Part shown: piece after piece, positions 24,468-39,400 of the stretch
Layout: every line of letters begins with the position of its first letter
How positions within the stretch are numbered: position 1 is the first letter of the stretch
Assembly: GCA_040755995.1 (NCBI GenBank)
Contig: JBFMAF010000011.1
Span: 32,001-96,000, forward strand
Length of the DNA: 64,000 bases
Reading direction: 5' to 3'
Source of the DNA: Acidobacteriota bacterium
GTDB lineage: Bacteria; Acidobacteriota; CAIWXX01
Made by a program: the position numbers and the translations under genes
The notes under the pieces: model-generated
The model's database searches: none
The model's input: the letters and a program-made list of their open reading frames with translations, nothing else
What the model was told of the DNA's origin: nothing

Positions 24468-26000
<1,533 letters not shown>

Positions 26001-26025
26001 CTGATTTCTCCGGAGGAAAAGCGCG

Positions 26026-26877
<852 letters not shown>

Positions 26878-26916
26878 GGCCAGCGGAATGGCAAGGTTGA
26901 ATGCCGGCATGAATGA

Positions 26917-28365
<1,449 letters not shown>

Positions 28366-28383
28366 GTCGAAGGGCGATTACCC

Positions 28384-28827
28384 ATGGCAAACACGTTTCA
28401 GCTCATCATCGTGACTCCGGAGCGGCAGGTGGTGTTGGAGGAGGTGGAGGAGCTTACCGTGCCGGGCACCGGCGGGTACGTCGGCGTTCTTCCCGGCCAC
28501 ACGCCTCTGCTGACGACACTCAAGGCCGGTGAGGTCTCGTTCCGCATGGGTACGGCGCATCGCTACCTTGCTACAAGCCGGGGAGTCGTGGAGGTCCTGC
28601 CGGAGAAGGTCACGCTGCTCGTCGAGACGGCCGAGGCGGCTGAGGAAATCGACGTCGACCGCGCGAGCACGGCACGGCAGCAGGCCGAGAAAGCGCTCTC
28701 CGCGCTGCTCAGAACGCCGCTGGAAGACGACTCCGAGTTCAAGCAGGCGGAGGCACGCCTTCAGAGAGCGGTGGTGCGTTTGCAGGTTGCCCGCAAGGGC
28801 CCTGCGGCTCCACCGGCGCATTCCTAG
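28384..28827 (+). CDS. atpC: ATP synthase F1 epsilon
   Basis: IVTPER, GVLPGHTP, EEIDVDRA. Confidence 0.96.
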   Translation: MANTFQLIIVTPERQVVLEEVEELTVPGTGGYVGVLPGHTPLLTTLKAGEVSFRMGTAHRYLATSRGVVEVLPEKVTLLVETAEAAEEIDVDRASTARQQAEKALSALLRTPLEDDSEFKQAEARLQRAVVRLQVARKGPAAPPAHS

Positions 28828-29103
28828 AGAGGCCCGCCGGGGCTCCACTGCATCAACCGTGACATGCCTCGTGGGTCTGAGGCACAGCCTCGCTAGGCGA
28901 CAGGAGGCCAGAGACACCTTGCGATTGAGTCACATTCTTGGAGTGATGCGTCATCACCACACCGGAGTTGTCCACTCTCCACTCTCTACTCTCTACGCGG
29001 GGCGCGGCCGAAGCAGCCTCGCATGGTTCACCGGTCTGAGGCCGCGCCTCGCCAACGCGGGGACGCCGTTTCGGCAGGCTGAGCGGCTGTAACGGAGGCT
29101 TCA

Positions 29104-29901
29104 TTGCTGAAGAATCTCGCCACCCTGCTCCGATACCGGGTGCTGCTCCAGACTCTCGTCAGTCGTGAGCTGAAGGGGCGTTATCGCGGCTCATTCTTCG
29201 GCTTCCTCTGGTCGTTCTTCAACCCTCTGCTCCTGATGGTTGTCTACTCCCTCGTATTCAGCTACATCCTCAAGCAGCGCGATCCCGAGACGACTCCCTA
29301 TGCCCTGTTCCTGTTCTGCGGTCTCCTTCCATGGACATGGTTCTCGTCCTCAATATTGGAGGCGTCGAATTCTCTGATGGTCAACGCGGGGCTGATCAAG
29401 AAGATACTATTCCCGGCGGAGGTCCTTCCGCTCGTGAACATCCTGGCCAACCTGGTTCACTTCCTGCTGGGTCTGCCTATCCTGCTCATCTTCGTCCTCT
29501 ACTATCAGCACCACCTCACAGTCTATTTTCTCTGCCTCCCTATCGTCCTGCTGGTGCAGCTCATCTTCACGGCGGGGCTCGGCTTCCTCGTGGCGGCGCT
29601 CAGCGTTCACTTCCGTGATCTCCAGAACATACTGGCCAACCTTTTGACTCTCTGGTTCTTCGCGACGCCCATCATCTATCCCATGACCTTTCCGGGCGTC
29701 CGCGAGTCCACCACGTTCAAGACAGTCCTGAACCTGAACCCCGTGACCCATCTCATGGAGGGCTACCAATCGACGATCTTCTACGGCCGGATGTTTGACG
29801 TGCGCGCGCTCGGCATCACGCTCCTCGTGTCGCTGGCCTTGTTCCTTCTGGGGTACTATGTGTTCGACGCGCTGAGGGACTCGTACCCGGAGGAGGTCTG
29901 A
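29104..29901 (+). CDS. wzm: ABC-2 polysaccharide export permease
   Basis: RELKGRYRGS..GFLWS..NPL, FRDL, LNP; six TMs. Confidence 0.92.
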   Translation: MLKNLATLLRYRVLLQTLVSRELKGRYRGSFFGFLWSFFNPLLLMVVYSLVFSYILKQRDPETTPYALFLFCGLLPWTWFSSSILEASNSLMVNAGLIKKILFPAEVLPLVNILANLVHFLLGLPILLIFVLYYQHHLTVYFLCLPIVLLVQLIFTAGLGFLVAALSVHFRDLQNILANLLTLWFFATPIIYPMTFPGVRESTTFKTVLNLNPVTHLMEGYQSTIFYGRMFDVRALGITLLVSLALFLLGYYVFDALRDSYPEEV

Positions 29902-31205
29902 TGCCGTCGATATCGGCGAAGGGGGTCTCGAAGATCTACCGGAGGTACGCGTCGCGGCGCAGGTTTCAGACTCTGAAGAGCGCGATTCTGAGCGGCAACC
30001 TGCTCAAGGAGCTCCGCCCCGAAGAGACCTTCACGGCGCTCAAGGACGTCACGTTCGACGTCAACGACGGCGAGACGCTCGGGATCATCGGCCAGAACGG
30101 CTCGGGCAAGAGCACCCTTCTCAAGATCGTCGCAGGAATCTCCAAGCCAACCACAGGCACGATCTGGCATCGAGGCCGGCTCAGCGCCCTCATCGAGCTG
30201 GGGGCCGGCTTCCACCCCGAGATCACCGGCCGCGAGAATGTATACATCAACGGCATCATGCTCGGATTGACCAAGAAAGAGATCAACCAGCGGTTCGACC
30301 AGATCGTCAAATTCGCCGAGCTGGAGGATTTCATCGACAGCCCGGTCAAGACCTATTCCTCGGGCATGTACATGCGGCTCGGATTCGCCGTGGCGATCAA
30401 CGTCGACCCGGAGATCCTGCTGATCGACGAGGTACTGGCCGTCGGCGACGCCGCCTTCATTCCAAAATGCCTCGACAAGATCCACGAGTTCAAGCGCCGC
30501 AGGAAGACGATTCTGTTTGTCACCCACGGGTTGGATGCCGTGGAGCTCCTCTGCGATCGTGCAATGTGGTTGAAGGGCGGCGAGCTGCAGCGACTCGGAA
30601 ACCCGAGGGTGGTCTGCGACGCATACCTGTCCTATATCACCGGGCACGAAGAGGTCCAGATGGCCGAATCGCAGGCCGAGAGCCAGCAGGCAGCAGAGGC
30701 CGCCCCGTCTTCGCAGGCCGACGAAGACAGTCGATCGCCGAAACGATGGGGATCACGCGAGATCGAGATCTACGAGGTGAAGATGTTCGATTCCCAGAAG
30801 CGGGAGAAGTACGTGTTCCAGAGCGGCGAGCCGGCCATCATACGCTTGAAGGCATGGTCCCGCGAGCCCATCAAGGACTTCGTCTTCGGCATCGGCATCT
30901 TCAACAGCAACGGCGTCCACTGCTACGGCTCGAACACGAACATCGAGAAGTACGACCCGGTGTCATTCGAAGGTGAGGGCACCATCGAGCTGCGCCTGGA
31001 ATCGCTCGACCTGATCGAAGGAAGCTACTTCTTGGACCTGGCTGCGCACCGGCGCGACGGCCACCCCTACGACTACCACCGTTCGAAGCTCAGGATCCGA
31101 GTCCATTCCAAGATCAAGGACGTCGGCATCTTCCGGCCTCGCCATGCGTGGAGTTTCTCGCCGGAGATCCGGATGAAGCCGTCGCTGCCCGTACCTCCTT
31201 CATGA
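29901..31205 (+). CDS. wzt: Polysaccharide export ATPase with C-terminal carbohydrate-binding domain
   Basis: [22 protein letters not shown]; Wzt_C-like tail starting RWGS. Confidence 0.93.
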   Translation: MPSISAKGVSKIYRRYASRRRFQTLKSAILSGNLLKELRPEETFTALKDVTFDVNDGETLGIIGQNGSGKSTLLKIVAGISKPTTGTIWHRGRLSALIELGAGFHPEITGRENVYINGIMLGLTKKEINQRFDQIVKFAELEDFIDSPVKTYSSGMYMRLGFAVAINVDPEILLIDEVLAVGDAAFIPKCLDKIHEFKRRRKTILFVTHGLDAVELLCDRAMWLKGGELQRLGNPRVVCDAYLSYITGHEEVQMAESQAESQQAAEAAPSSQADEDSRSPKRWGSREIEIYEVKMFDSQKREKYVFQSGEPAIIRLKAWSREPIKDFVFGIGIFNSNGVHCYGSNTNIEKYDPVSFEGEGTIELRLESLDLIEGSYFLDLAAHRRDGHPYDYHRSKLRIRVHSKIKDVGIFRPRHAWSFSPEIRMKPSLPVPPS

Positions 31206-31687
31206 GCACCCCTCCCTTGCACAAGATCGTCGCGCGTTCGAAGATCGGGCGGGTGCTCGATCGCGCGCGGCGCGCCGGCAGAATCATCGTCTTCACCAAC
31301 GGCTGCTTCGATCTTCTGCACGCCGGACACGTGAAGCTGCTTCAGAAGGCCCGCAGTCTCGGTGATGTGCTCGTCGTGGGGCTGAACTCGGATCGCAGCG
31401 TGAGACGGCTCAAGGGGGCTCAGCGCCCGCTGGCCTCGGCCGCCGACCGCGCAACCGTCCTGAGCGCCCTCGCATGCGTCGACTACGTCGTCACATTCGG
31501 CGAGGACACGCCGCTCGATCTTATACGCCAGGTGAAACCCGACGTGCTCGTCAAGGGCGGCGACTACAAGCTCGACGAAATCGTCGGCGCCGACTTCGTG
31601 CGGCAGCGCAGAGGCTCGGTTCGCCGGTTCAGGCTCGTACCTGGCCGATCCACGAGCCTGTTGATGCGACGAATCCAGAGGTTGTAG
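31202..31687 (+). CDS. rfaE2: D-glycero-beta-D-manno-heptose 1-phosphate adenylyltransferase
   Basis: [32 protein letters not shown]. Confidence 0.93.
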   Translation: MSTPPLHKIVARSKIGRVLDRARRAGRIIVFTNGCFDLLHAGHVKLLQKARSLGDVLVVGLNSDRSVRRLKGAQRPLASAADRATVLSALACVDYVVTFGEDTPLDLIRQVKPDVLVKGGDYKLDEIVGADFVRQRRGSVRRFRLVPGRSTSLLMRRIQRL

Positions 31688-31721
31688 TGCCTCTGACTCG
31701 CAGACAACGGACGCTCGCAAA

Positions 31722-32309
31722 TTGACGCACGAGGGGCCTCCGCTCGAACAGCTCCTGCGGCGCCTGTCGGAGTGCCCGGCGGAGTTCATGGGGGAGCCGC
31801 GCGCCGGCGCACACGGTTGCATCCGCGTGGATGCCGTGGTCTCGGACCTGCTTGTCGATTTGGGGGGTTCGCCGCTTCCCCCGGACCGATGTGCCGCTTT
31901 CCAATCTTCCAATGCCAGGAAGGACCGCAACCGACTGGGATTGGTGCTGGTATCGAGCTGGCTCCTGCACGACGCGTGGTTCCGGGACCGGAGGACGTTC
32001 GCTGCAGGCGCGCTGCAACTGCTGGCCGAAGGATTGAACGAGCTTTCGGCAATGGTTCAGGCTCCGACGACTGTCTCCGATCCCGACCGGCGAGAGGAAC
32101 TGGCCAGGTTGTGCCTCAAGGAGCTGAGTCTGCGGCCGGCAGGCGAGAGCATCTCGCAGGCCCAGGACCGGCTGACGACACTGGATTCCGTCGAGCGCTC
32201 GCGGGTCATCGCCGAGGGAAGGGCCGCGGCCGAGCGCGCAAGGGCCATCCGCGAGGCAATGGCCAAGAAGTCGGCCTACGAAGGCGCCGACAAATATCCG
32301 CGGGAGTAA
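31722..32309 (+). CDS. Hypothetical protein (mainly helical)
   Basis: 195-aa ORF in an operon-like position; no function recognised. Confidence 0.75.
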   Translation: MTHEGPPLEQLLRRLSECPAEFMGEPRAGAHGCIRVDAVVSDLLVDLGGSPLPPDRCAAFQSSNARKDRNRLGLVLVSSWLLHDAWFRDRRTFAAGALQLLAEGLNELSAMVQAPTTVSDPDRREELARLCLKELSLRPAGESISQAQDRLTTLDSVERSRVIAEGRAAAERARAIREAMAKKSAYEGADKYPRE

Positions 32310-32460
32310 GCGGTTCCCATGAGCCCGAATCCGCTGCAATCCCGGACAGCGTTGCAACCATTGACAGGCTCCCTACCCAGGTCATTGCTGATCGTGATTT
32401 CAGGCGGCAAGGGCAACCGCTCGCAAGTTGCGACCGGTTCACAGAGGCACCGCGACACTC

Positions 32461-33801
32461 ATGGATGAACCCGGCGATAGCGAGCGGTTCCCGAACATAA
32501 GCGAGAACGGCCGGCGCATTTTGCGGAAGCTGCGTGAACATCCGCATGCCCCGCGCTTCACGGCCAGCAGCGGGAACCGGCTGACTGCCGAAGGCCTGCG
32601 TCGGGTGCGAGCCTTCGAGGCGGAATTGAACGTAAGCCCAATCGGATGGGAACCGGGTCGAACGCCGCCGTGGCTGGAGCCCTTCGTGGAGATGTGCTTT
32701 CGCGATGTGCCCTTCTATCGGCGCTACGGCGCGAGGCCGGCGCAGTTCGCCGACGTACCGACCCCCGACCGGGGGGATCTGGCGTCGGAACCGTGGAGCT
32801 TCGTGCCCGACACCCTGGCGCTGGACGGTCTGATCGCGTACGGCACATCGGGAACGACCGGCCATCCGGTCCAGGTTCCGTCTCACCCCGTAGTCGCCTC
32901 CTGCTACCTGCCGCTGCTGGAGCGCGCTCTGGCGTGGCGGGGTGTTGCGGTCGACTGCACCGGCAAGACGGTCGCATGCATGGTCATCGGGTATCAGAGA
33001 TCGTGTTTTACGTACGTTTCTGTAACGCCCTATTTCGCTGACGCCGGTTACGTCAAGATCAACCTTCATCCCGATGACTGGAGGGCGCCGGACGACCGCA
33101 GGCGTTTCATAGAGGCGTGCGATCCGGAGCTCGTCAGCGGCGATCCGATTTCGCTTGCCGAGATGGTCAGACTGCCGTTGACAATTCACCCGAAGGCAGT
33201 CATCTCCACGTCAATGACCTTGCTGCCGGGGCTTGCCCGATCGATCGAGGAGCGCTTTGGGTGCCCTGTGATCGATCTGTATTCGCTGAACGAGGCGGGG
33301 CCGGTGGCCGTGCGGCTCGATGCGGGACATGCGGTTATTCAGCACCGGCTCTACGTCGAGATTCTCGACGCCGACGGCAATCGCTGTCCTCCTGGTGTCC
33401 GCGGCGAAATCACCTTGACCGGCGGCTTCAATCCCTTCCTGCCGCTTCTGCGATACCGCACCGGCGATCAGGCCGAACTGGGCTTCGACGGTGCCATCCC
33501 TGTGTTGATCGGGCTCGAAGGCCGGCTGCCGACCGTGTTCCGGACGGCCTCCGGCGCCCTCATCAACAACATCGATGTCACGCATGCGCTCAAGCGGTTT
33601 GCACTTGCGCAATTCACACTGCATCAGCACGCCGGCGGGTCGCTGCGGCTCCGCGTGGCCGGGCTGGGAATCGACGAGGATCAGATCCGGATTGCCATGC
33701 TTGACCTCTTTGGCCCTGACCATCCCCTTGCCATAGAGCCGCTCAGTGCCACGGGTGAGAAGGTGCTCCAGTACACGACCGATCCTGCGCCGGTTGCCTG
33801 A
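32461..33801 (+). CDS. Phenylacetate-CoA ligase-like / CapK family adenylating enzyme
   Basis: VPFYR, TSGTTG, YSLNEAG, PLLRYRTGD, LEGR. Confidence 0.85.
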   Translation: MDEPGDSERFPNISENGRRILRKLREHPHAPRFTASSGNRLTAEGLRRVRAFEAELNVSPIGWEPGRTPPWLEPFVEMCFRDVPFYRRYGARPAQFADVPTPDRGDLASEPWSFVPDTLALDGLIAYGTSGTTGHPVQVPSHPVVASCYLPLLERALAWRGVAVDCTGKTVACMVIGYQRSCFTYVSVTPYFADAGYVKINLHPDDWRAPDDRRRFIEACDPELVSGDPISLAEMVRLPLTIHPKAVISTSMTLLPGLARSIEERFGCPVIDLYSLNEAGPVAVRLDAGHAVIQHRLYVEILDADGNRCPPGVRGEITLTGGFNPFLPLLRYRTGDQAELGFDGAIPVLIGLEGRLPTVFRTASGALINNIDVTHALKRFALAQFTLHQHAGGSLRLRVAGLGIDEDQIRIAMLDLFGPDHPLAIEPLSATGEKVLQYTTDPAPVA

Positions 33802-33810
33802 GACTCGCTG

Positions 33811-34818
33811 GTGTCATTGCGTCCCGATCGGATGACTCGCCGGCTTCCCACTCTCGTGGTTGTCTGGCGGATCACGGAGCACTGTAATCTGGGCTGCCCG
33901 TTCTGTGGGTACAGCAGCGATCTGGAGCGCGTTCGACACGCCGCTCTCCCGGACCAGGTCCTGTCGTTCGGGGCGGTCCTGGGGGTGTATGCGTCGCAGC
34001 GAGAACGCGATGTCCTGGTCAGTTGGATCGGTGGCGAACCGTTCACGTGGCCGTTTCTGCTCGATGTCTCACACGAGCTCAAGCGCCGTCATGGCCTGCA
34101 GATCGGCGCCACAACCAATGGGCTGCTTCTCGACTCCCCGGCGGTCACCGGGCGGATGGTTGAGGACTTCGGTCAGCTCACAATCAGCGTAGATCGGATG
34201 CGTCGGGGTCGCGACGAGGGACCTCTCCTTCCCGACACGCTTCGATCGGTCCTGGCCGGCATTCGTGAGCGGACAAAGCATGTCGGAAAGGGCCCCGTGC
34301 TGCGCGCCAACACGATCCTGATGCGTGACAACATTCCAGAGTTCGAGACCCTTTGCGCCACGTTGGCGGAGTGGGGTGTTGAGGAGCTCACGTTCAATGC
34401 GCTCGGTGGACGCGACCGCCCTGAGTTCCATGCCGATCACGCTCTCCAAGACGAACACATCGGCTGGCTGCGACAGGAGCTCCCCGCAATCCGCGTGCGC
34501 CTGCAGCGCCTGGGCCTGAAGGTCCTCGGAAGTGACAAGTACATAGAAAGAATCGCGAGCGCGATACGGGGCGATCGCGTTTCAGTTCCCGATTGCAGGC
34601 CCGGAACGGATCTCGTGTTCATCGACGAGCGCGGTCGGGCCGCGCCATGCTGGGCGACGTTGCCTGACTATGGCATCCCAATCACGGAGATCCCGACCCC
34701 GGCGGACGTGGCGGCGCTTACCGGGCGATTCGCCGAGATGAGGCGATCGCATCAGTCGCCGGTCTGCCTGGACTGCGCGAGCACGCAGGTCTTCGGCAAG
34801 TTCGACGCCGAGAAGTGA
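33811..34818 (+). CDS. Radical SAM protein with C-terminal Cys-containing (SPASM/twitch-like) region
   Basis: CNLGCPFC, GGEP, TTNG; C-terminal CRPG...PCW...CLDC. Confidence 0.88.
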   Translation: MSLRPDRMTRRLPTLVVVWRITEHCNLGCPFCGYSSDLERVRHAALPDQVLSFGAVLGVYASQRERDVLVSWIGGEPFTWPFLLDVSHELKRRHGLQIGATTNGLLLDSPAVTGRMVEDFGQLTISVDRMRRGRDEGPLLPDTLRSVLAGIRERTKHVGKGPVLRANTILMRDNIPEFETLCATLAEWGVEELTFNALGGRDRPEFHADHALQDEHIGWLRQELPAIRVRLQRLGLKVLGSDKYIERIASAIRGDRVSVPDCRPGTDLVFIDERGRAAPCWATLPDYGIPITEIPTPADVAALTGRFAEMRRSHQSPVCLDCASTQVFGKFDAEK

Positions 34819-35074
34819 CTGCCAGTCCCGCGGCAAGCCTGGGCGGTGCATCAATGCCCCAGATGCTCTGAGCGCGACGAAGAGATGATAGGATCTAGTA
34901 GGGGCGCTTGCCCCCTCGAGGAATGGGAAGGATGAGACATGAAGTGGCACGGGATGTGGCCGGCGGCGAATGGACCGGCCCGGGGCCAATGAACAGCGGG
35001 AGCGAGGCGGAGCGCTCAGATCGCCTTGTTGATCAGACGCCGCCCGGCCCGCTAACACTGCGATAGGGGGTCCT

Positions 35075-36934
35075 GTGAGACGATTCTGCGTCGGGCTGTG
35101 GGTTCTTCACATGTTGCGACTCTGCCTGTTGGGTCAGGGGCAGGAGCCCCTGGTTTCAGTGACGGTCGTTCCGCCGGCGGAACCCCTCAAGTCCGGTGAG
35201 AGCCGTTCTGTGCCTATAGAGGTGAAGATACTCGATCGTTATCATATCAACGCCAATCAGCCGCTCGAGGACTTCTTGATCCCCACGACCGTCGATCTCA
35301 AGCCGCAGGGCGGCGTGCGATTCGGTACCCCTGTGTTCCCGCTACCTGCGGTCAAACAGCTCGAGATTTCGGAAAACCCGATGGCGATATACGAGGGGAC
35401 CGTGAGAGTGCAGGTTCCGATCTCCCTCGACGCTGCGTTCGACCGGAACGAGCTCGTACTCGAAGGCGAGTTGCGATACCAGGCGTGCAACGATCGCGCC
35501 TGCTTCCCCCCGGCGAAGGCTGCGTTCCGGCGAGCGATTCCTGTCGCCTTCGGAAGACCCCCGGTCTCGCCCGCGAGAGAAGCGGCGCCGGCTCCGATGA
35601 GCGAGCCGCGCCCGCCGGCGGCTGCGCAGGAGCCGCTGAAACCGCCCGCGGAAGCGGTTGGGCCGCCGAAGCCTTCCGCCGAGCCGTCAGGACTGGAGGG
35701 GAAGGGGCTGCCGTTGACTGTCGTTCTCGTTTTTCTCGGAGGTCTGGCGCTGACTCTCACTCCTTGCGTCTACCCGCTGATTCCAATCACTATCGGCTAC
35801 TTCGGTGGGCAGGCCGAGGGCAGGAAAGGAAGTGTGGTGGCGCACTCCTTTCTCTACGTTATCGGCATGGCCGCGACCTACTCGGTCATGGGCGTGGTCG
35901 CGGCCTTCACTGGGAGCCTGTTCGGATCGGCTCTGCAGTATCCTGCCGTTCTCATCGGCATTGCGTTGGTCATGGTGTTACTCGCGCTCAGCATGTTCAA
36001 CGTGTACGAGCTGCGCCTGCCGGCTTTCCTGAACCGTTTGACAGGGGGCTCGCAGAGGGGATTCGCCGGATCGCTCATCATGGGCCTCACGGTGGGTGTC
36101 GTGGCCGCTCCGTGCATAGGCCCGTTCGTCCTGGGGTTATTGACCTATGTCGGAGAGAAGGGCAGCGTCGTCTTGGGATTCTCTCTGTTCTTCGTTCTCG
36201 CAATGGGCATGGGCCTGCCCTTCTTGATCCTTGGGATCTTCTCGGGCAGCATCAACCGGCTGCCGCGATCGGGGGCCTGGATGGTATGGGCCCGGACGAT
36301 CTTCGGCTTCGTGCTGATCGCGATGGCGATATACTTCGTCAGGTCGCTGCTGCCGAATTCGCTCTACTACCATCTAGGTCTTTCTATCACGATGCTGCTG
36401 GCCGGCGTATACATGGCCTGGATCGAGCCGACCCAATCGGCAGGCAGGATATTTCCATTTGTTCGGAACGGCGTCGGCGTAGCCTTCTTCCTGCTCGCCC
36501 TGGGCCTGGCCGTGAACGGTGTGCAATCCTACGTGGACGCAGCAGCGGGGATAAGGTGGGCGCCATATTCGGATCAAGCTCTGGCAGAGGCCGTCAAGAC
36601 AGGCCGCCCCGTGCTGATCGACTTCTTCACCGAATGGTGCGTCGCGTGCAAAGAGCTGGACGAGAAGACATTCAGCGACCCAGAGGTCATAGCGGCCTCC
36701 AGGAAGTTCGTCACGCTGAAGTCGGACCTCACATCAGCGGACGATCCCAGAGTGAAGGCCATGAGCGAGAGCTATGCCATCAAGGGCGTCCCGACGCTCG
36801 TCTTCCTGAGCGCTGACGGAAAAGAGCTTCCGGAGCTCCGTGTCACGGGCTTCGAGACGAAGAACGAGTTCCTGCCGAAGATGAGGAGGGCGCTGGAGGC
36901 GGGCGCCATGCGAGGCACGGCCTCAGACCGATGA
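35075..36934 (+). CDS. dsbD: Thiol:disulfide interchange protein DsbD
   Basis: YQACNDRAC N-domain, TPCVYPLIP, AAPCIGP, WCVACK thioredoxin domain. Confidence 0.93.
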   Translation: MRRFCVGLWVLHMLRLCLLGQGQEPLVSVTVVPPAEPLKSGESRSVPIEVKILDRYHINANQPLEDFLIPTTVDLKPQGGVRFGTPVFPLPAVKQLEISENPMAIYEGTVRVQVPISLDAAFDRNELVLEGELRYQACNDRACFPPAKAAFRRAIPVAFGRPPVSPAREAAPAPMSEPRPPAAAQEPLKPPAEAVGPPKPSAEPSGLEGKGLPLTVVLVFLGGLALTLTPCVYPLIPITIGYFGGQAEGRKGSVVAHSFLYVIGMAATYSVMGVVAAFTGSLFGSALQYPAVLIGIALVMVLLALSMFNVYELRLPAFLNRLTGGSQRGFAGSLIMGLTVGVVAAPCIGPFVLGLLTYVGEKGSVVLGFSLFFVLAMGMGLPFLILGIFSGSINRLPRSGAWMVWARTIFGFVLIAMAIYFVRSLLPNSLYYHLGLSITMLLAGVYMAWIEPTQSAGRIFPFVRNGVGVAFFLLALGLAVNGVQSYVDAAAGIRWAPYSDQALAEAVKTGRPVLIDFFTEWCVACKELDEKTFSDPEVIAASRKFVTLKSDLTSADDPRVKAMSESYAIKGVPTLVFLSADGKELPELRVTGFETKNEFLPKMRRALEAGAMRGTASDR

Positions 36935-36980
36935 ACCATTAGAGGCCGCGACGGCTGCGCCTTGCGCAGAGAGTGGAGAG

Positions 36981-38873
36981 TCAGCTGGCCGGTTCGACCG
37001 CCAGGGGCCAGCGAACGCAGAACGTCGTCCCTTCGCCGAGCTTGCTCCGGACGGCGATGTGCCCGCCGTAGCGAGTGACCAGGTCCTTCGTGATGGCCAG
37101 GCCGAGCCCCGTGCCTTCCTTCTCCTTCGCCTTTGCGTTGGGGGCCCTGAAGAACTCCTCGAACAGGTGCGGCATCGAGTCCTCCGGAATGCCGATGCCT
37201 GTGTCGCTCACGTCCAGGCACGCCTCATCGTCCTGCATGTGCAGCTGAACCGACACCCGTCCGCCGGGCGGCGTGTACTTGATGGCGTTTGACACCAGGT
37301 TGTTCAGTATCCGGTCCACGTCTTCGTTGGCCGCCGAAATCGTGATTGGCCTCTCATCGGATTCGCAACGCCATTCCAGTTGAACTTGCTTCTCCTTTGC
37401 GGGGATGTCAAACCGTCGCACGACGCGTTCGACCGATTCCTTCAACGAAACCGCAGTGCGCTTGTCGGCGGCGGCGAACTCCGCCTTCCCCGAGGCCAGG
37501 TCGAGGAGGTCGTTGATCAGGGTCTCAAGGAAGTTGGCGCGACGCAGTGCTCGCTCCACGACGTCGCGCTGCGCGTCGGGTATGGCGCCGGTGTATCCGG
37601 CGAGCATCGTGCGCAGCAGGCTCTGCACAACGCTCACTGGCGAGCGCAGTTCGTGCGTGACCATGCGCACGAACTTGGACTTCATCTCGTCGATCCTCCC
37701 GAGCGCCTGGTAGGTCATCGCGTTTCTGATGGCGATGCTCCCCTGCCCGGCGGCCGCTTCGAGGAAGGCGGCGTCATCTTGCGTCATGCCTCCAGGACGA
37801 TCGCTGTATGCGCGCATGAGACCCAGAGGGGCCTCTTTGCCGGGCAGCGGCACACTCAGGAACGCGCGAATGCCCTCGGCGACCGTCTCGGCTGCGAACT
37901 GGAGGCCGGTTTCCCTGGTCACGTCGTCGACGATGACGGTCCGGCCCTCGAGCACTTCACGCGCCACCGGATTTCGATCGAGCTCGAGATCGCCCTTTTT
38001 GACGTACGCCTCGCTGAGACCGTAGACAGCGGCCACTCGCAACCGGGTGCCGCTTTCGTCCAGGAGCCGGATGGAGCACGCTCGGGCGCCCATGGCCCTG
38101 GCCGTGTTTTCGACGAGGAGGTTGAGCACCTGCTGGAGGTCGAGGGTCGAGCTCACGGCCTTCGCGCCTTCATACAGCGTCTCGAGACGGCTGTAAGCGC
38201 GCTGCAGGCTCCGCGTCAGCTGCACTACCTCCGTCTCGCGTTTCCGCAAACGATCCATCATGCCGCTTGCCAGGTAGGCCACCACGAAGATGGCACTGAC
38301 GAAGAAGAACAGCACGCCGCCGACGTGGGCCGGGTGCTGATACAAGGGCATAGGTACCAACCCCTCGACAGCTACATGGGGCAGGTAGCCGGTGTACTCG
38401 AGCAGAGTGGTGCCGCCCACGAGGCAGGTGGCCAGGGCGGCATAGAAGAAGGTCGCCCGCAGGGAGAGCAGGATGGATGCAAGCGCGATGTGGAAGAAGA
38501 AGTAGAAAATGGCCGGACTCTCGACCCCGCCGGAGAAATGGATCAGGAGAGTCATCGCGATCCAGTCGGTGGCGATCTGCTCGTGAGCCAACCGATTCGC
38601 GCGCCGCATCCTCGGGCCGGCGTCGCGCTGGAGCCGGCGCCATGCCCAGAGGAAGATCAGATTGTAAGCCAGGACACCGGCACCGATGAAATACAGAGGT
38701 TCTGCGGCCAGCCTGAGCCGTAAGATGTGACCCGTAGCCCACGTAGCTGCCAGGACGCCGATGCCCGCCAACCACCGGATGCTGATCATCCACCCGAGGC
38801 TGTACAGCAGTTCTGTTTCGAGCAGGGTGTTGCTGTTTTGACCCGGGTCACTCGACGTAGCGAGCATCTTCAT
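36981..38873 (-). CDS. Membrane sensor histidine kinase with GAF domain
   Basis: Multi-TM N-terminus, GAF, THELRSP, NLVSNAIKY, DTGIG, GTGLGL. Confidence 0.93.
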   Translation of the reverse strand: MKMLATSSDPGQNSNTLLETELLYSLGWMISIRWLAGIGVLAATWATGHILRLRLAAEPLYFIGAGVLAYNLIFLWAWRRLQRDAGPRMRRANRLAHEQIATDWIAMTLLIHFSGGVESPAIFYFFFHIALASILLSLRATFFYAALATCLVGGTTLLEYTGYLPHVAVEGLVPMPLYQHPAHVGGVLFFFVSAIFVVAYLASGMMDRLRKRETEVVQLTRSLQRAYSRLETLYEGAKAVSSTLDLQQVLNLLVENTARAMGARACSIRLLDESGTRLRVAAVYGLSEAYVKKGDLELDRNPVAREVLEGRTVIVDDVTRETGLQFAAETVAEGIRAFLSVPLPGKEAPLGLMRAYSDRPGGMTQDDAAFLEAAAGQGSIAIRNAMTYQALGRIDEMKSKFVRMVTHELRSPVSVVQSLLRTMLAGYTGAIPDAQRDVVERALRRANFLETLINDLLDLASGKAEFAAADKRTAVSLKESVERVVRRFDIPAKEKQVQLEWRCESDERPITISAANEDVDRILNNLVSNAIKYTPPGGRVSVQLHMQDDEACLDVSDTGIGIPEDSMPHLFEEFFRAPNAKAKEKEGTGLGLAITKDLVTRYGGHIAVRSKLGEGTTFCVRWPLAVEPAS

Positions 38874-38986
38874 CGTCAGGGTACGGCGGGCTTTCCACTT
38901 TCACCAGGCGGACGGCACGCGCGATCCGGGGAGCACCCGCGTGACCAGCCGGCAAGGTGTCTCATGTGGTGCCCTCTTCCGCGGGT

Positions 38987-39391
38987 CTATCTCTTGCCCA
39001 CGTGCTCGCGGACTCTGGCCAGCAGAACGTCCGGGCTGATCGGCTTCTCGATGAACGCGTCCACCGGCAGATAGTCCTGGTCCGGCGTGAAACGCAGCGG
39101 GGTCGTGGTGTGGATTGCCGTGACCATGAGGATCGGGATGTTCCTGTAGGCGGCCCACTCCGAATTCGGGTCAGGGCTGCGCAGCTCCAGGCTCATCTGA
39201 AAGCCGGCAGTAGTGGTGTCCATCATCACGTCGAGGATAATCAGATCGGGATTGACCTCTCGAATCTTCTGCAGGCCTTCCTCGCTCGATCCGGCCCGAG
39301 AGACCCGGTAGCCTTCGGCCTCGAGCGGCAGGCGCATCGCCAGCACCACATCATCGTCGTCGTCAATGATCAAAATCTTCTCGTCCGCCAT
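38987..39391 (-). CDS. Single-domain response regulator
   Basis: KILIIDDD, PDLIILDVMM, KP. Confidence 0.93.
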   Translation of the reverse strand: MADEKILIIDDDDDVVLAMRLPLEAEGYRVSRAGSSEEGLQKIREVNPDLIILDVMMDTTTAGFQMSLELRSPDPNSEWAAYRNIPILMVTAIHTTTPLRFTPDQDYLPVDAFIEKPISPDVLLARVREHVGKR

Positions 39392-39400
39392 AGTGTGCTC

